64,000 bases of DNA from Mobula hypostoma (lineage: Eukaryota), in NCBI RefSeq assembly GCF_963921235.1, contig NC_086108.1, positions 44,332,001 to 44,396,000 of the forward strand, in the 5' to 3' direction. The notes under the pieces are model-generated. The model was not told where the DNA came from. It ran no database searches and saw nothing but the letters and a program-made list of their open reading frames with translations. Position numbers and translations under genes: made by a program. Positions 25,071-38,493 of this stretch are shown here, in pieces (the first letter of the stretch is position 1; every line of letters begins with the position of its first letter).

Positions 25071-27327
25071 GAGGGGATTGAGTGTATGCTGGCTGCTTTA
25101 CTGAAGCAGCAACAAGTATCGACAGAGTCCATAGAAAGGAGACAGGTACCTGAGATTTTCTGAGCTGTAGTTTTTTGTGGTCACTTACAGAGCCATGCCA
25201 AGTGTAATGCAGCCAGTCACAATATTTTCCAAGATGCATCGATTAAAAACTGATAAGAGTTTAGCCTCCTGAGGAACTTTAAAGGATATCTCAACACACT
25301 ACATTGCCTTTAATATGGCACAGTTTCTCCTCAATGAGATTCCCAATCCCAACCACATTTTTCAGTTTAGGTTGTAATACTGCTAATTTGTTTAATTTGT
25401 GCGAATGCTGGTTCATTTAATGTTTAGCTTTCTTCAAAACACTAATTTGCTTCTGTTTGTTTTGGTCATTGCAGCCATTAGATTGCTGTAACCTCAAAGG
25501 CAATCCTGTTAAAAGGAACTTCCTGTAACAGCTCATTAATACCACAGCTTCCCTGCCCGCAGCCTGACTCAGCATTGCTGGAATGGGTATATGCCAGCAG
25601 AGCAACACGAGTCGTGATAGGATGACACCCTTAGGATATATAGGGTGCAGTGGAGCCTAAAAGGCCACACCTTGGGGATGGGGAAATGATTTACAGACGT
25701 TTCTTTCCCCAGTATATTCTCCCCCCAGTCTGCACTGTGACCTCTGTGAATCTAGTGAGACTCTAGTGTGCCTTTTTCTGCTTTCAATCTTTAAACAGCT
25801 TGCTGTTTCCTCTGCTCTGTCCTCTATTTTGTACAAATGCTGGGACATTAATTGGAATATTGATTGAACTTAACTCCCTATGTTCAAATTTTAATATATG
25901 TGGAATCAGGATGGCTATTGGATGAGAAAACAGATACTTAAATTAAAACTGAAAGCTGTGTGTAAAGTTAAGCTTTGTCACAGGAGATCACAGGGTTTTC
26001 CCTTGCACATGCTTGAACACCTACTGCAATAAGCATTCTTTTTTAACTTCAGTAGCAGAGATCTAACTGGAATATAAAGAAACGCTCTTCCTGTAATTAA
26101 TGAAGCATCCTGATACTGAAACTGCCTTTTTCATTGGCCACTGATCAAAGGAAACTTTGAGGAACCTATTATGCTTCAAACTTTTCATCCAAACAGAAAC
26201 ATTCTACAAACGTACTTCTGAATATCTTTAAAGGTTAATTTAAAATAACATTTTAACAAATGTATCAATACCAACTGAAACCAAGGCTGTTTGATGGACT
26301 TCTCAATAAATTTACTGTCTGGGGTTTGGTACAGTGCCACACTACCGGCGAGGCCTGGGTTGGGCTTTCTTACTTGAACAGAGAAAGCCCGAGTTCAGAT
26401 AAGATTGAGACAAATTACTTTAGTGTTTGTGGATTAGCAAAGTGTAAATCAGTTTTGGTAGTGACTCCTCAGCATAACCTCACTGGAAAGTGCAAATCAG
26501 GATTTATCTGTGATGAATTGGATTATTTGCAGTACCTACAGAGTGATCTTTGGCTGTAATTTTCAGTGGAAACCAGTGTGTAATTAGTATGCAGTTCCAT
26601 GTGTTTGACACTTTATAATAACAAGGCTAAGTGACCATTCTTTGCATGAGAGCAAATCAGTTTTACTGTTGTGACTTCACAAATTGGATTCATGGACTGA
26701 CTTTTGAGTTTGTCTAGAATATGATGATTTTCCCTCCTTATCTCAAGGTTGCTGAGGTAAATTAGAAAGACACCTGAACTGCCTGCCAATGTTTAATAAG
26801 CACCACAGCTTTGCGACTTGGAACCTTCCCTGTGATACATTTAAAGGGATCTCACAAAGGTTTATTTATAATAATGTATTCAGGAAGTTTTATTTTACTT
26901 TCTATATTCACAGTGGTGCCTGTGGATGCCAATGGACAACTTAATGCAGTGAACACGGAGTAATGGAGGACAACCAATGTCAAATACCAAGATGGTAATG
27001 ACAGCCAAGAGTGGAAGCAGGATATCAAGTTCTTACAGAGTTGTAAGAACATGTATATGCAGCACAGTAGCAAAAGTATACAGAGGGAACAAAGCACCCT
27101 GCATCTCTTTGCAATCCAATAATCCACAGTGGTTTATAAAATCTGGTATCAGCTCTCTATTCATTGTTGCCTAAGGCTTTTGGTAGTTTTTTTTATATAC
27201 AGAGGAAAATCTAGGGCTTCATAGTTTACCTAGTACAAGATTACTAATGGCAGATGGTCAACTATTGATTGTGTAGAACTTTTATAAAGGTCAGCCGAAA
27301 GTTCAAGAGTAACAGCGTAATTATTTT

Positions 27328-27423
27328 CACTGTGTTTTCTGCTTTATATTCACACTTTGGGTTACAGTACTGGGTGACACTGTGTTTTCTGTTTTATATT
27401 CACACCTTAGGTTACAGTACTGA
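27328..27423. repeat. 50-bp tandem duplication
   Basis: cactgtgttttctg.tttatattcacac.tt.ggttacagtactg starts at 27328 and 27378. Confidence 0.9.
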
Positions 27424-28987
27424 GCTATTCAATGATGTTTTCATATACTCTTATTTAGGAATTTTCTTTGCTTATATTTCACATTGTCCTTACTTAAAGG
27501 GTGGTTGGACAATATAGACTTCAGGAGGCTGGAAGATACTGCAGAAAGATTAGGCAATTGAGTAAGGATTTTTATTTTAATCAAAGAGAATCTAGAGCAA
27601 AATACTCAGAAGTAAGCAGCATCTTATCTGTATTAAAGTTAGGCAGTGAGAGAGTTAAAATAAGGCACAGCTCTTCCATTTACATGTAACTTAAGATGAC
27701 AGGAAAGCAGTTGCAAAGAGCTTTGCTTTCTTACTTGTTTCATGCAAGGAAACAACATTGGTAAATTACAAACCTTGAAACTATGTAACCTACAATAAGC
27801 AACCAATTGCTTGGAATGTCTGTCTATCAACATTTGATTCCGACTTTAATTGTTAGAATGGACAATTATTTTAAATTATTGTTAGTTAATGCTCTAACAC
27901 AATGTTATGAATTGGAACTTGAATCTCAAGCTCCTAATTCCAGCACCAGTACACAAGAGCACTTCAAAGTTTTATCTCCATGGCCCCCACATTGGTAAGT
28001 TGAAATGTTAAAGCCTGTGGAGACCTCTCTGTTGAAATCCAAACTAATGTACAGAAAATACTTTTGGTAAACCAAGCATACAAATAAAAAAAATACATTT
28101 GCAAAAAATCTTGTGGCAAAGTATACCTAAATGGTGCATATTTGGTATTTGCAGAAATTCTGAGGAAAAAACATAATGGGACATCATCAAGTGGTTTAGT
28201 TGTTGGAAGGACAATCACTAGTAACCTGTCTGTACTCATTCTGCATCCTTTTGCCTTGTTGAACCTCCTAAAGACACAGTAATCAGCCAAGTGTATTTTG
28301 AACATTATGGGATGAAGAGAGATCTATAAGACATATATAGCAATATTTGTTCGGGCTAGAATAAAACAAGGGAGTTCATGATGTGATTCAAAACTTTGTT
28401 ATTAACTAGGACTGGTGGTGTAATATTTTGAACTGGCCTTACAGGTCAATAATTGTAAGGTTTATGGGATCAGCTGCTTCAAGTTTTTTTTTAATAACCC
28501 CATTAATTGGATAGTAAACCAACATGGACAGAAAAGAGCGAGTAATAAACATAAAAAAGACTGGAAAAATTTCCTGATTCTCAGTGAATACTTTTGAACT
28601 TTAGAACATCCAAACTGCCTGAAACTCCCATCCTGTAACATGTAGATACTTTGATGAAGCTTTCAAAAAATGTTATGAGATTCATAGGAGAGGGATACAA
28701 AAAGGAAATGTTTGAACATTACTCCTAGTATATCAATAAAAACGAATGCATAGTGAACAGATCATTTCTAAAATTAAAAATTTATCTAAGACTTTACAGG
28801 AAGATACATGAACACCATCACTGTACACAATCTTGTACTTTACAATTCAGCAGTTTTCCAGGCACTGAAAGAACAGATCTGTGATTTTGATTTGAAAATC
28901 AAAATGCAGCTGTGAAGGCACATTTTTTCATGTATGAAGATGGCGATGTGTATCAAAGTATTGCTGAAAATATACTTGAAAGCTAAC

Positions 28988-30224
28988 TGCAATTTGCCTA
29001 CCACCATAATAGGTCTACAGTGGATGCGATCTCATTGGCTGTTCACGTGGCCTTGAATCCCCTGGATAATGCAAATACCTAGGTCAGGATGCTGTTTATT
29101 GACTACAGTTCAGTGTTTAACGCAATCATTCCTACAGTTCTGTTTGAAAAGTTCCAGAATCTGGACCTTACTTCTTTTGTTCCTTCCTCTGCAACTGGAT
29201 CCTCAACTTCCTAGCCGGAAGACCGTAATCTGTGCGGATTGGAAATAACATCTCCACCTCACTGACAATCAATACTGGCGCAGCTTTGAGATGTGTGGTT
29301 AGCCCACTGCTCTACTCTCTCTATACCCATGACTATGCGGTGAGGTACAGCTCAAATGCCATCTATAAATTTGCTGATGATACAATCATTGTTGGCAGAA
29401 TCTCAGATGGAGATGAGCGGGCGTACAGGAGCAAGATGTGGCAGCTGGTTGGTGTCGCAGCAATAACTTTGCACGCAATGTCATTGACCAAGGAACTGAC
29501 TGTGGACTTCAGAAAGGGGAGGACGGGGGAACATGAAGCATTCCTCGTATAGGGATTAGAAAGAGAAAGAGTGAGCAATTTCAAATTCCTGGGTGTCAAT
29601 ATCTCTGAGGATCTAACTTAGTCTCGATGCAGCTACAAAGAAGATGTGACAGTGGCTATATTTCATTAGGAGTTCGAGGAGATTTGATATGTCACAACAG
29701 TACTTGCAAATTTCTACAGATGTACTGTGGAAAGCATTCTAACTGGCTGCATCACTGTCAGGTTTGGGGTGGGGGTGGGGGGAACTACTGCAGAGCATCG
29801 AAATAAGCAGCAGAGAGCTGTAAACATAGTTTACTTCGTCATGGGCACTAGCCTCCATAGTGTCCAGGTCATCTTCAAGGAGCAATGCCTCAAAAAACCG
29901 TGTCCATCATTAACAACCCCCATCACCCAGGTCATGCCTTGTTCTCATTGCTACCATCAGGAAGGAGGTACTGAAGTGTGAAGGCACACACTCAATGATT
30001 CAGGAACAGCTTCTTCCCCTCTGCCATCCGATTTCTGAATGGACATTGAAGCCATGAACACTATTTCATTACTTTTTAATTTCCATTTTTGCACTAATTT
30101 TACGATTTAATATGAGAGTGTAATTCTCATTTTTGTCTATTGTTATGCATTGCATTCTAGTGCTCCTGCAAAGACAAGAAGTTTCACAATATACGCCAGT
30201 GATATTAAACCTGAGTCCGATTCT
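28988..30224 (+). mobile_element. 5'-truncated Rex1/Babar-like LINE with a decayed RT domain
   Basis: QFAY..NRSTVDAI, VRMLFIDYSSVFN, SPLLYSLYTHD and YKFADDT; several stops and frameshifts; tail gatattaaacctgagtccgattct. Confidence 0.9.
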
Positions 30225-30619
30225 AAATGGAAACTGATAAACAATTTGTTCATCTGATGACAGGAATCTGGCATTCTCCCCTAGTTTGAATAACTAATTT
30301 ATTTGGGAAAGGACAAGTTCTATGTTTCAGTCACCCATGGAAGCAGTTTTGGTATTTGACGATAAAATAGTGTCCCAAGCTTTTCTTTTGAACTAACATG
30401 CTGCCTGCGGTGAACGTAAATTAAAAGGATCAGCTTAGCCAAGAGACACTATTGCTTTTTATGCACAATGTGTTTGAAATTGGGTAAGCTTAATGAATTG
30501 TCTCCGACACTTTTTAAGCCATTGCCATTTATGAATTTACTACTGACTAATGAAGCATTTTGCAGGTCCCATTTTATTTTCTTGCTTGGTTTCAAGCCTG
30601 TTAAATATAAGGTTGCATC

Positions 30620-30795
30620 ATCTGGAAGAGCTGCTGGCTGCCTCACAGTGCCAGGGACTTGGATACTATCCTGACCTTGGGTGCTGTCTAAATGGAGCTT
30701 CCACGTTCACCCTGTGACTGAGTGGGCTTTCCTCCCGATTCTCCGGTTTCCTCCAGCATCTCAAGGATGTATGAGTTAGTGAGTAAATCCACACT
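30620..30795 (+). mobile_element. Degenerate V-SINE
   Basis: gctgcctcacagtgccagggac...tggagcttccacgttc...gtgggctttcctcccgattctccggtttcctccagcatc. Confidence 0.6.
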
Positions 30796-32689
30796 AGTTA
30801 CTTATCTAAACAAACCCAACCTTCCAGCACTTGGCAAATAGCTTTCCAAGCCTTGGCATTTTGACTGGGCAATTAAATACTTCTGAAATTTTGTAAGTGT
30901 ACCTTGCCCCGCCATCTGCTTTCCGGATTTCAACCATCCTCTGGATGAAGATGTTTCTCAAATCCCCTCCAAATCTTCCACCCCTTCTGTAAGTCTACAC
31001 TCTCTGATCCAGGGCAACTCTAATAGGGAGAAAAGTTTCTTATTATAGATCCTGTCTACTTCTCTCATAACTTTGTACATCCACATCAGTTCTCCTCTCA
31101 GCTTTCTCTGCTCCCAGGAAAACAAACCCAGTTTATCTAGTCACTCCTCAAGTGCACCCACTCCAGGCAACATCCAGGTACATCTGTAGAAATTTCCAAG
31201 TTTTAAAAACCAAATAATTAGATCCTTTGCACACTCAGATAATGCAGCAGAATGCCATGTTCGACATTGGGAATAAATGAGTTCAGGAGGAGAAAAGAAT
31301 CATGGTCCTACTGTATTAGTATTAATTGCTGTTTAGAAAAGATGTGGACTTTACAGCACTACTCCACGTATGGTTTTGAATGCACCTTAATTCAAAGCTG
31401 TTAACAGAAAACAAAAGTTAATAAATGAACATTTTAAGTTCAGAAAGCCAATATGTGGTACACTGAAATATTTTGTCTGGTACTTTTTAATGCTAATGGG
31501 AGTTTTAAAATAAAGACCTTTGATAGATCTGATTTAAGATTTCAGAAACTTTCTCCAAGGCTTACTGTAGTCATTGTTCATAAAGGAAGCTCTTTTAAAT
31601 TCTGAACTGAGAATTACAACGCCCATAAGTGTCGGTGAATTATATCTTTGATTCAAAAAGCAGATTTTAAAAGGAGCTGTGTTTCATTGTAGTTACACCA
31701 TGATGTCTACTGTTAAACGCAAACAAACAGATCTTGTATAAACACACATAAGTAATTTAAAAATCGACCAAAGACAAGATGCAAAGATTTATGCTATAAT
31801 TCTAGTTGTGGTCGCAGAATTAACCGATTAGTCAACATATGTTTGTACATCATGCACGGGCAGCTAGTGCTGAATTATTTAGTATAAACCATGGTGTGGA
31901 AGCTGAAAAAGTTAACACGGGGTCCAGGCAGTTAAATCTCAATGTAATCGTGTAGATGGCTCGTGATGTTTCCAATGAAGTTCGATGGGGATCTGAAATT
32001 GCTCCGAACTGTGAGATCTTGACCGATAAATACCCCGCTCCCAGTGCCTGTCCCGGAGTGTTTTTTCAGTCCTTCAAATCATACGCGACTGAATGGAAAA
32101 CTACTGCACATCACGTGCATGTAAACCGGTTTTGTTCAATCTCAAGAGTTTTGCGTTACTCCTATTCACTCCAACGAGCCTTGAAAAGGAGGAAAAACGA
32201 TTTTACCGCGTAAAAGTGGGTATACGGTATTATTATACATACTGCTAATAATTGGCGACGATGTATGTAGTATTCTGGTGGGTTGACTGTCTCTCCACAT
32301 GTTACATTTTCACCTGAAGCACATGCTTTGCGTTACATGCGCTTCTGATGATGTGAGTTGCGGGTTTTACAACATTGATTTAAAACCGAATAATTAGATT
32401 CCGGTTTTGTACAGATCTACAGTTAACTCTGTACGAACCTAACATCTTTTCAGTGCCTGAGGGCATGGCGGGAGGAGTGAGGTGGTGGAGAGAGCGACTG
32501 AGTTTGTTAAAGCCGTACTATTACATTATTAAATGGGCTACAAAACACCGCCCTTCAATAGAAGAAAACAATCAGAAAGAAATAATCCAGAAAGTTTACC
32601 CAATGAATGCAATAGATAAAGAACTGAGCGTCAAAGCAGTATTTTTTTCCGTGTGGACTTTATACCGAATGCTTTATTCCGTCCCAGGT

Positions 32690-33600
32690 TTTTGCAACAG
32701 CCATCGTGTGGGGGGATGCTGTCCTAGCCCGGAATAGCGTAAGGGGAGGGAGAGGGGGTTTAGAAACTCCTGGACACGCTGTTTCTAGGCTCCCCCCTGT
32801 CGATGTCTCTCAACAGCCAATCAGTGCAGTCCGTCTCAGTAACCAAACTGGCCAGTCACTCCACCGGGAAACACCCGCCCACTCAACTGGGTTTGATTGG
32901 CGGAGGGGCGAGCCCTTCTCGAGTGATTGACGTACAAGGGCTTGTAACAATTGGTCAACTCTAGAGATCGACGTCCATATTCGGCATCTGATTGATTGAT
33001 CTCGTTGTCACTCTAGCACAGAAGGCGGGGTCAAGGCCGCCCTTTCCGCTGCCGGGGCTGGGCTGCGTGCGCGGACGCGGCGATGGGGTCGCCCCGGGTT
33101 TGATGGTTTGACAGGTGCCCGACGCCAGGCAGCTCCTTCCCCAAAAAGCATGTTCGCTAAAAGCAAAGGTTCGGCGGTGCCCTCGGACGGGCAAGCTCGA
33201 GAAAAGTAAGTTTAATTTTTGTTATTCAGAATATACGGAATTTCTCAGCGTTTACAGGCTCCCCGGGGCCGGGCAGCGGCCGCTGCAAATCTCAGGGATT
33301 AAATTGCTTTTCGTTATTATTATTATTACTATTATTATTTGTTTCTGACTTGCACGCTGTGCGTTTCCGCTTCTTTGAAGAAGCTGAATGAAACATTGTG
33401 TCCGGCGGGTCTGGCTGGGTGCAGCGTCGCTCGATGACAACCTCCCCCCCTCCAGATCCTCACTTGCTCTCTCCCTCTTCTCCCTCTCGCTCCGCATTCC
33501 CGCTGTAATAAATAGATAGCCTTGTAACCGGCTCCTTTGTGTCTCCTTCGCCTGCAGGTTGGCTTTGTACGTGTACGAATATCTGCTTCATGTCGGGGCA
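32690..33600 (+). promoter_or_regulatory. SSBP3 CpG-island promoter / 5' region
   Basis: CpG-rich in a CpG-depleted background; CCAAT at 32817, ATTGG at 32896 and 32950, GC boxes (cccgccc, ggcgggg) and CRE-like TGACGTA at 32928; directly upstream of the ATG. Confidence 0.8.
33150..33205 (+). CDS. SSBP3: SSBP3 coding exon 1
   Basis: MFAKSKGSAVPSDGQARE(K) with AA|gtaagt donor; MFAK and SDGQ are SSBP3-type rather than SSBP2/4-type (MYxK, SDSQ). Confidence 0.93.
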
Positions 33601-33630
33601 CAGAAATCTGCACAGACCTTCCTCTCAGAG
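33558..33630 (+). CDS. SSBP3: SSBP3 coding exon 2 (LisH/LUFS domain)
   Basis: ctgcag|G acceptor and GAG|gtaact donor; [24 protein letters not shown]. Confidence 0.95.
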
Positions 33631-33854
33631 GTAACTCAATGTCTCCATCACTCCGCTTTAGCCTTTGTTTCTCAGGCGGACAATCTCGCCTCCATTTTGA
33701 ATTGTGTTAACCTTTTGCCATTTATTGTGGCTACAAAACAAAAAAAAATTCTATTCATCTGACTAGTTTTGAATGCTGTCTTCCCCCGACAACAACACCT
33801 CTCCCCGTTTTCCTTCTGGACTTATTCTGAGTTTTTTTTGCTTTTGGTTTACAG

Positions 33855-33916
33855 ATACGATGGGAGAAAAATATTACATTAGGAGAACCTCCTGGGTTTT
33901 TACACTCCTGGTGGTG
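33855..33916 (+). CDS. SSBP3: SSBP3 coding exon 3
   Basis: tttacag|ATA acceptor and TG|gtaagt donor; IRWEKNITLGEPPGFLHSWW(C). Confidence 0.95.
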
Positions 33917-35016
33917 GTAAGTAGATAATTTTGAGTGTCCCACATTGTTCCCAGTCATAAATATATTTTGTATTACCTTGATTCTGTGGCTTCTGTTGTA
34001 ACTTTTAGGTAACATTATAACAAACGTTACTGATAAATTGGGATCAACACAAAGGGTTATAGTAGCAACAGGCATCCCTTGCTAAAATGTAAGTTTGGGA
34101 TCTGGTTAAATATTAAATTGTTTATAGTTTATCAGTTTTAAATCGTACTGTGCAGGGTTTGTTTGCAATTTGTAGCATGTAGCTCTGTTTAGTTATTGAA
34201 ATGTGTAAATTCTTGTCAATTTCCGTGATTAAAAATTTCGTGTGTGTAACTGCTTTTACTACGTATTGTTTATAAACTGTTGTGTTGTTTTCAAGACTTC
34301 AGGGCACTGTGCTTGTGTGGGTTTAATTTTCTCTCAAGCCTGCTTTATTCAATATTGTTACTTTGTTAAGGAGAATGGAAGCAAAGTGCTGTGTTTAGGT
34401 GGGTTATAAGAATTGGTAGGTAATAGAATTGATTCAGTGGTTATTGAGACCTTGGAAGATGCATGAGGCATGCGGGAAACAGGATGTGTTGGGGGGTGGT
34501 GGAGGAGGGAGGAAGTACCTTTTGATTTTTCTCCCTTCTAAAGAACATGTTGCCTGTTGCTGAGGTGTAATTCCACAGATGTTAGCAGTTGTCTGACACC
34601 TCATCCATGTAGCTAGCAATTCTTGTTAACCGAGATGAATTGAGGATCCTGGATGTGTTGCCCGCATTATTTTGTGTGTTCTTATCCATGAAAGTTATCA
34701 TGTCAAATGGAAGCAGTACTTATGAAGTACCTCTGTTTACACACTAACACATGCCTCTGTACAGACTGGTGAAGCAGATCTGCTTTTCACGGCTCAGATC
34801 CTCACCTGGTGGCTTTCTAGGTGTTAATTTTGCTTGTTGGGTATTCAGCATCAGGTTTATTGTCACTGACACATGTCATGGGATTTGTTTTGTGGCAGCA
34901 AAGCAGTGCAAGACATTAAAAATTACTCTTAAGTTACAATTAATAAATAGTGCAAAAGAGGAATAACGAAGTAGTGTGGATGGTCTTTTCAGAAATCTAA
35001 TAGTGGAGCAGAAGAA

Positions 35017-36061
35017 CAACATCTCCTCCACGATCCCCCTCACAAGGCTGTGATTTGCCCCCTGCTCTACTGGCTTTATATTTATGACTGAGAGGATAAG
35101 CACAGCCCCATTGCCATATTTATGTTTGCCAGTAACATTACTGTCATTGGCCAAATCAAAGGTGGTAATGAATCATCATACAGGAGAGATTGAAAATCCT
35201 GGTTGAGTGGTGCCACCATAAGTGTTAGCAAGACCAAGGAGATCATTATTGACTTGCGGGGAAGGAAGCTGCTGGTCCATGAGCCTGCCCTCACTGGGGC
35301 TCAGAGGGTCAGCAACTTGAAATTCCTCTGTATTATCATTTCAGAGGATATGTCATGGGCCCAGCATGTGAATGCTATTATGGGCAAAGCATAACAGTGC
35401 CTCTGCTTTCTTAGAAGTTTGAGAAGATTTGGTATGTCATCTAAAACTTTGACAAACTGCTTTAGATGTGTGGTGGAAATGATATTGACTGGCTGCATCA
35501 CAACCTGGTATGGAAACACCAATGCTCTTTTACAGAAAAGCCCACAAAAATAATAGTGGACATAGTCCATCTGTTAGGGGTAAAGACCCCCCCCCCACCC
35601 ATCATTAGCACAGCTACACAGCGAGCTATTGCAGAAAGGCAGCATCCATCATCAAGGACCCCCATCATCCAGGCATGCACTCTTAGTGCCGCTGCTGCCA
35701 TCAGGAAGAAGATGCAGGAGCCTCACTTCCCATACCACCAGGTTCAGGAACAGCTATTACCCCTCAACCATCAGGCTCTTGAACCAGAGGGGATGACTTC
35801 ACTTGCCCCATCATTGAAATGTTCCCACGATCTAGGGACTCACTTTCAAGGAGTATTCATCTCATGTTCTTGATATTTATTTACTTATTATTGTTTTTCT
35901 TCTTTCCGTTTTTGCAGTTACATATTCTTTGCACATTGTCCGTCCTGTTGGGTCCAGTCTTTCATTGATTCTGCTGTGTTTCTTGTACTGTGATTGCCCA
36001 CGGGAAAATGAATCTCAGGGTTGTATATGGTGACAAATATGTACTTTGATAGATTTACTTT
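35017..36061 (+). mobile_element. Rex-like LINE fragment inserted into an opposite-strand Rex-like 3' end
   Basis: VSKTKEIIIDLR and SNLKFLCIIISEDMSW; tail tactttgatagatttactttg; flanked by GAAGAA at 35011-35016 and 36062-36067, with the host element continuing on both sides. Confidence 0.8.
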
Positions 36062-38493
36062 GAAGAAGCTGTTCCTAGAATGTGAGTGGATTTTGAGGGC
36101 TGGCCTCTATTTTGAGGGCAGTGGAGTGAGCAGGAAGTATTGATTTTTTCTTCTTTGGCTGTGTTTATTGTTAGAGACCTCCATTTGAAGTGAATTAAGA
36201 GTTCCATAGCAGGAATAGGAGAGATGTCTGTACAAGGGAATGTGTATATTGTCTTTTGAATATACAGATCTTTGAAGTGGAGTAATTTGGTTGAATGTGA
36301 CTGTTATAGCAGAATGGGTAAATTGCCGTAATGTTAATGTCAAACATTTACTGGTTCACGTATTTCTGTATGTAAACATACAAACTTTTGGGTGGGCCAA
36401 AGTTACCGCCATGTAATGCCAGTGCTCATGAATATGTTGGAATTGAAAATTAGAATCTATTTCTTGGGTGTGATTTTTTTTTTGTACTGAATGTTTTGCA
36501 GTGCGAGTTTAAATGCTTAATCATTTCCTTTGTCAATTATGTTAAATATGATCCTTGAAATGTTGATACAGGAACAGTTATTCTGTAATATAGGAAAATG
36601 CAATGTTTGATCTCATTTGACTTGATTGTTTGGGGGAGTGTGTGGTACAAGTATTTCCCACCCAGTTCTATGTACTCAGCAAGATATTTCTCATTTAAGT
36701 TAATAAATCCAAGATCACCAATGGGACAAAGTTTATGGTTTGGTGGTTGCATACTTTCTAGTTCATCTTCAGTGGCAGTGAGGAATTGTAATTTCTACCT
36801 CTACCATTGATTAGTTAATTTCTGGTTTGAAAAGTTTTATTGATTTGTGATTCTGCAGTTGTGTGAGCAGTCACCAAATGCTTGGAACTAGTGGTGGTTT
36901 CTGGATAGAACTTTTAAAAATTCTTTTGACTTCATTTTGTCTGAAAACCTGTCTTCTATGTAACCAAGAATAGTAACACATTTTATTTGTATCCTAATGG
37001 TTTTGGTAAAGAAGCTTGTTTTTGGTTTTAATTTGGTCATTGCCAGCCACCTACTGATGCAAATGTGACAGTGTTGCAAGGCATGAGTGTTCATTCTGAA
37101 ACAACTGCCCCTGCTGTGCTTGTGATGTTGCCTATATTGTTATGGTGAGGAGTTGAGTGAAGATGGTAAAAGTATAAGGCTTGGGAGTAAGTTGTCCAAA
37201 AGAACAGTGTTTAATGTAGTTGTGAGAGCTGTTATGAGGTTTGATTCTTACTGATCACAAAAAAATTCAGGTTCAGTCAGGGTCACTGCTGATCTCTGCT
37301 TGGGTGCTACCAATATCCTTAGTGACCCTCAGGCTAGGGAGGTTAAGAACTAACTAGAGGTACTGATTGCTGCTATTGACTATTTGAAGGGTGTGTTATG
37401 TTTGTCTTTTTAATGCAATCATTTGGTCACCTGTTGTAAAATTTCCTTGTATACCACAGTGTGAGGTATTTGGAATCTTAAGCGTGCAATTTGTAATGGT
37501 GACTGAGGGGTGATATTGTTACTGTCAATAAGATACTCAACTAGAATAGAAAGTTTATGTTTGCACTACAGGACAGGCATGAATATGAAGTCGCAAAAAA
37601 CATTTTCTGGCTAAACTTCAAGAACTGTAGCTGATACTTGGAGTGGTTTCCTAACTTTGCAAAAGATTGTTTTTCAAGTTGGAGGCAGAGGGGAGATTTT
37701 ATGGATTAAACTAAAAGCAACAAATACGTCTCTCTTTATCTGAGAGTCTCTGCGAGTTCAGAAAGGACTTGAGAAGCTTGGTGGAGGAAACCACAGTTTA
37801 TAACTCTTGATAGGCTGCTGGTCTTTGCAACAGCATACCTTGATGGGGATTGTTGCATTTGTGAGAATTTGGAGTTGAATGTGAGATGAGTGATGGGGTA
37901 GAAGTGTTAGGCTCATCATGATGATTAACTTTAGAATGGTGCAAATGGGCCTGTTCATTTTGAGGACTGTGAAGTGGATGTAATAGAAGCTGGAGAGATG
38001 TTAGTAGAACACTAATGATATAAAATAACGACAGACTAGTTTGCAAATTTATAGGGTCAGTCAGGTAAATGTTTTAGTAAAGCAGCACCTGTGAATACAG
38101 GCCCAGGGTAGAACCAGGGGAATTGTGGATGTGCAGCATACAGATGTGAATGGAACTGATAGAAGCTTTGAAATGGACAAAGAAGCTGATGGCTTGGAAT
38201 TATAGCTGATTCCTCACTGTTGGTATTTGCAGTAAAATGCCTGAGCACTAATTTACTGATTGTTACTCAGCATAAATAACACACTTTTTTTTGCTCTTTA
38301 AATTTTGTAAGAAAAGTAGAAATTGAGTTGATTATGAATTTGCTGCTTTTTAATTCTGTGAATTCATTAAGCTCTTGAATTGTAACTAATCTTGGAGATT
38401 TGATACCCATCTGCTCTTTTATCATTATTTATTTGAGTGCAGTGTTTTAGAATGAGTGAAATTGTTAACTATCTTCTTCTTTTTTTCTATCAG

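Noticed and set aside
26260..26559. 99-aa ORF with GEAWVGL, suggestive of a C-type lectin
   Set aside because: No other lectin motifs (WND, EPN, Cys spacing) and no convincing exon structure
26890..28985. Exon-like plus-strand segments (e.g. about 27886-27994 with AG/GT ends; WKDN motif near 28205 resembling piggyBac)
   Set aside because: Many stops, no consistent spliced frame and no recognisable family; needs blastx
9130..32690. An intact intervening gene such as ACOT11, the human SSBP3 neighbour
   Set aside because: No matching exons recognised by eye on either strand; small exons could have been missed
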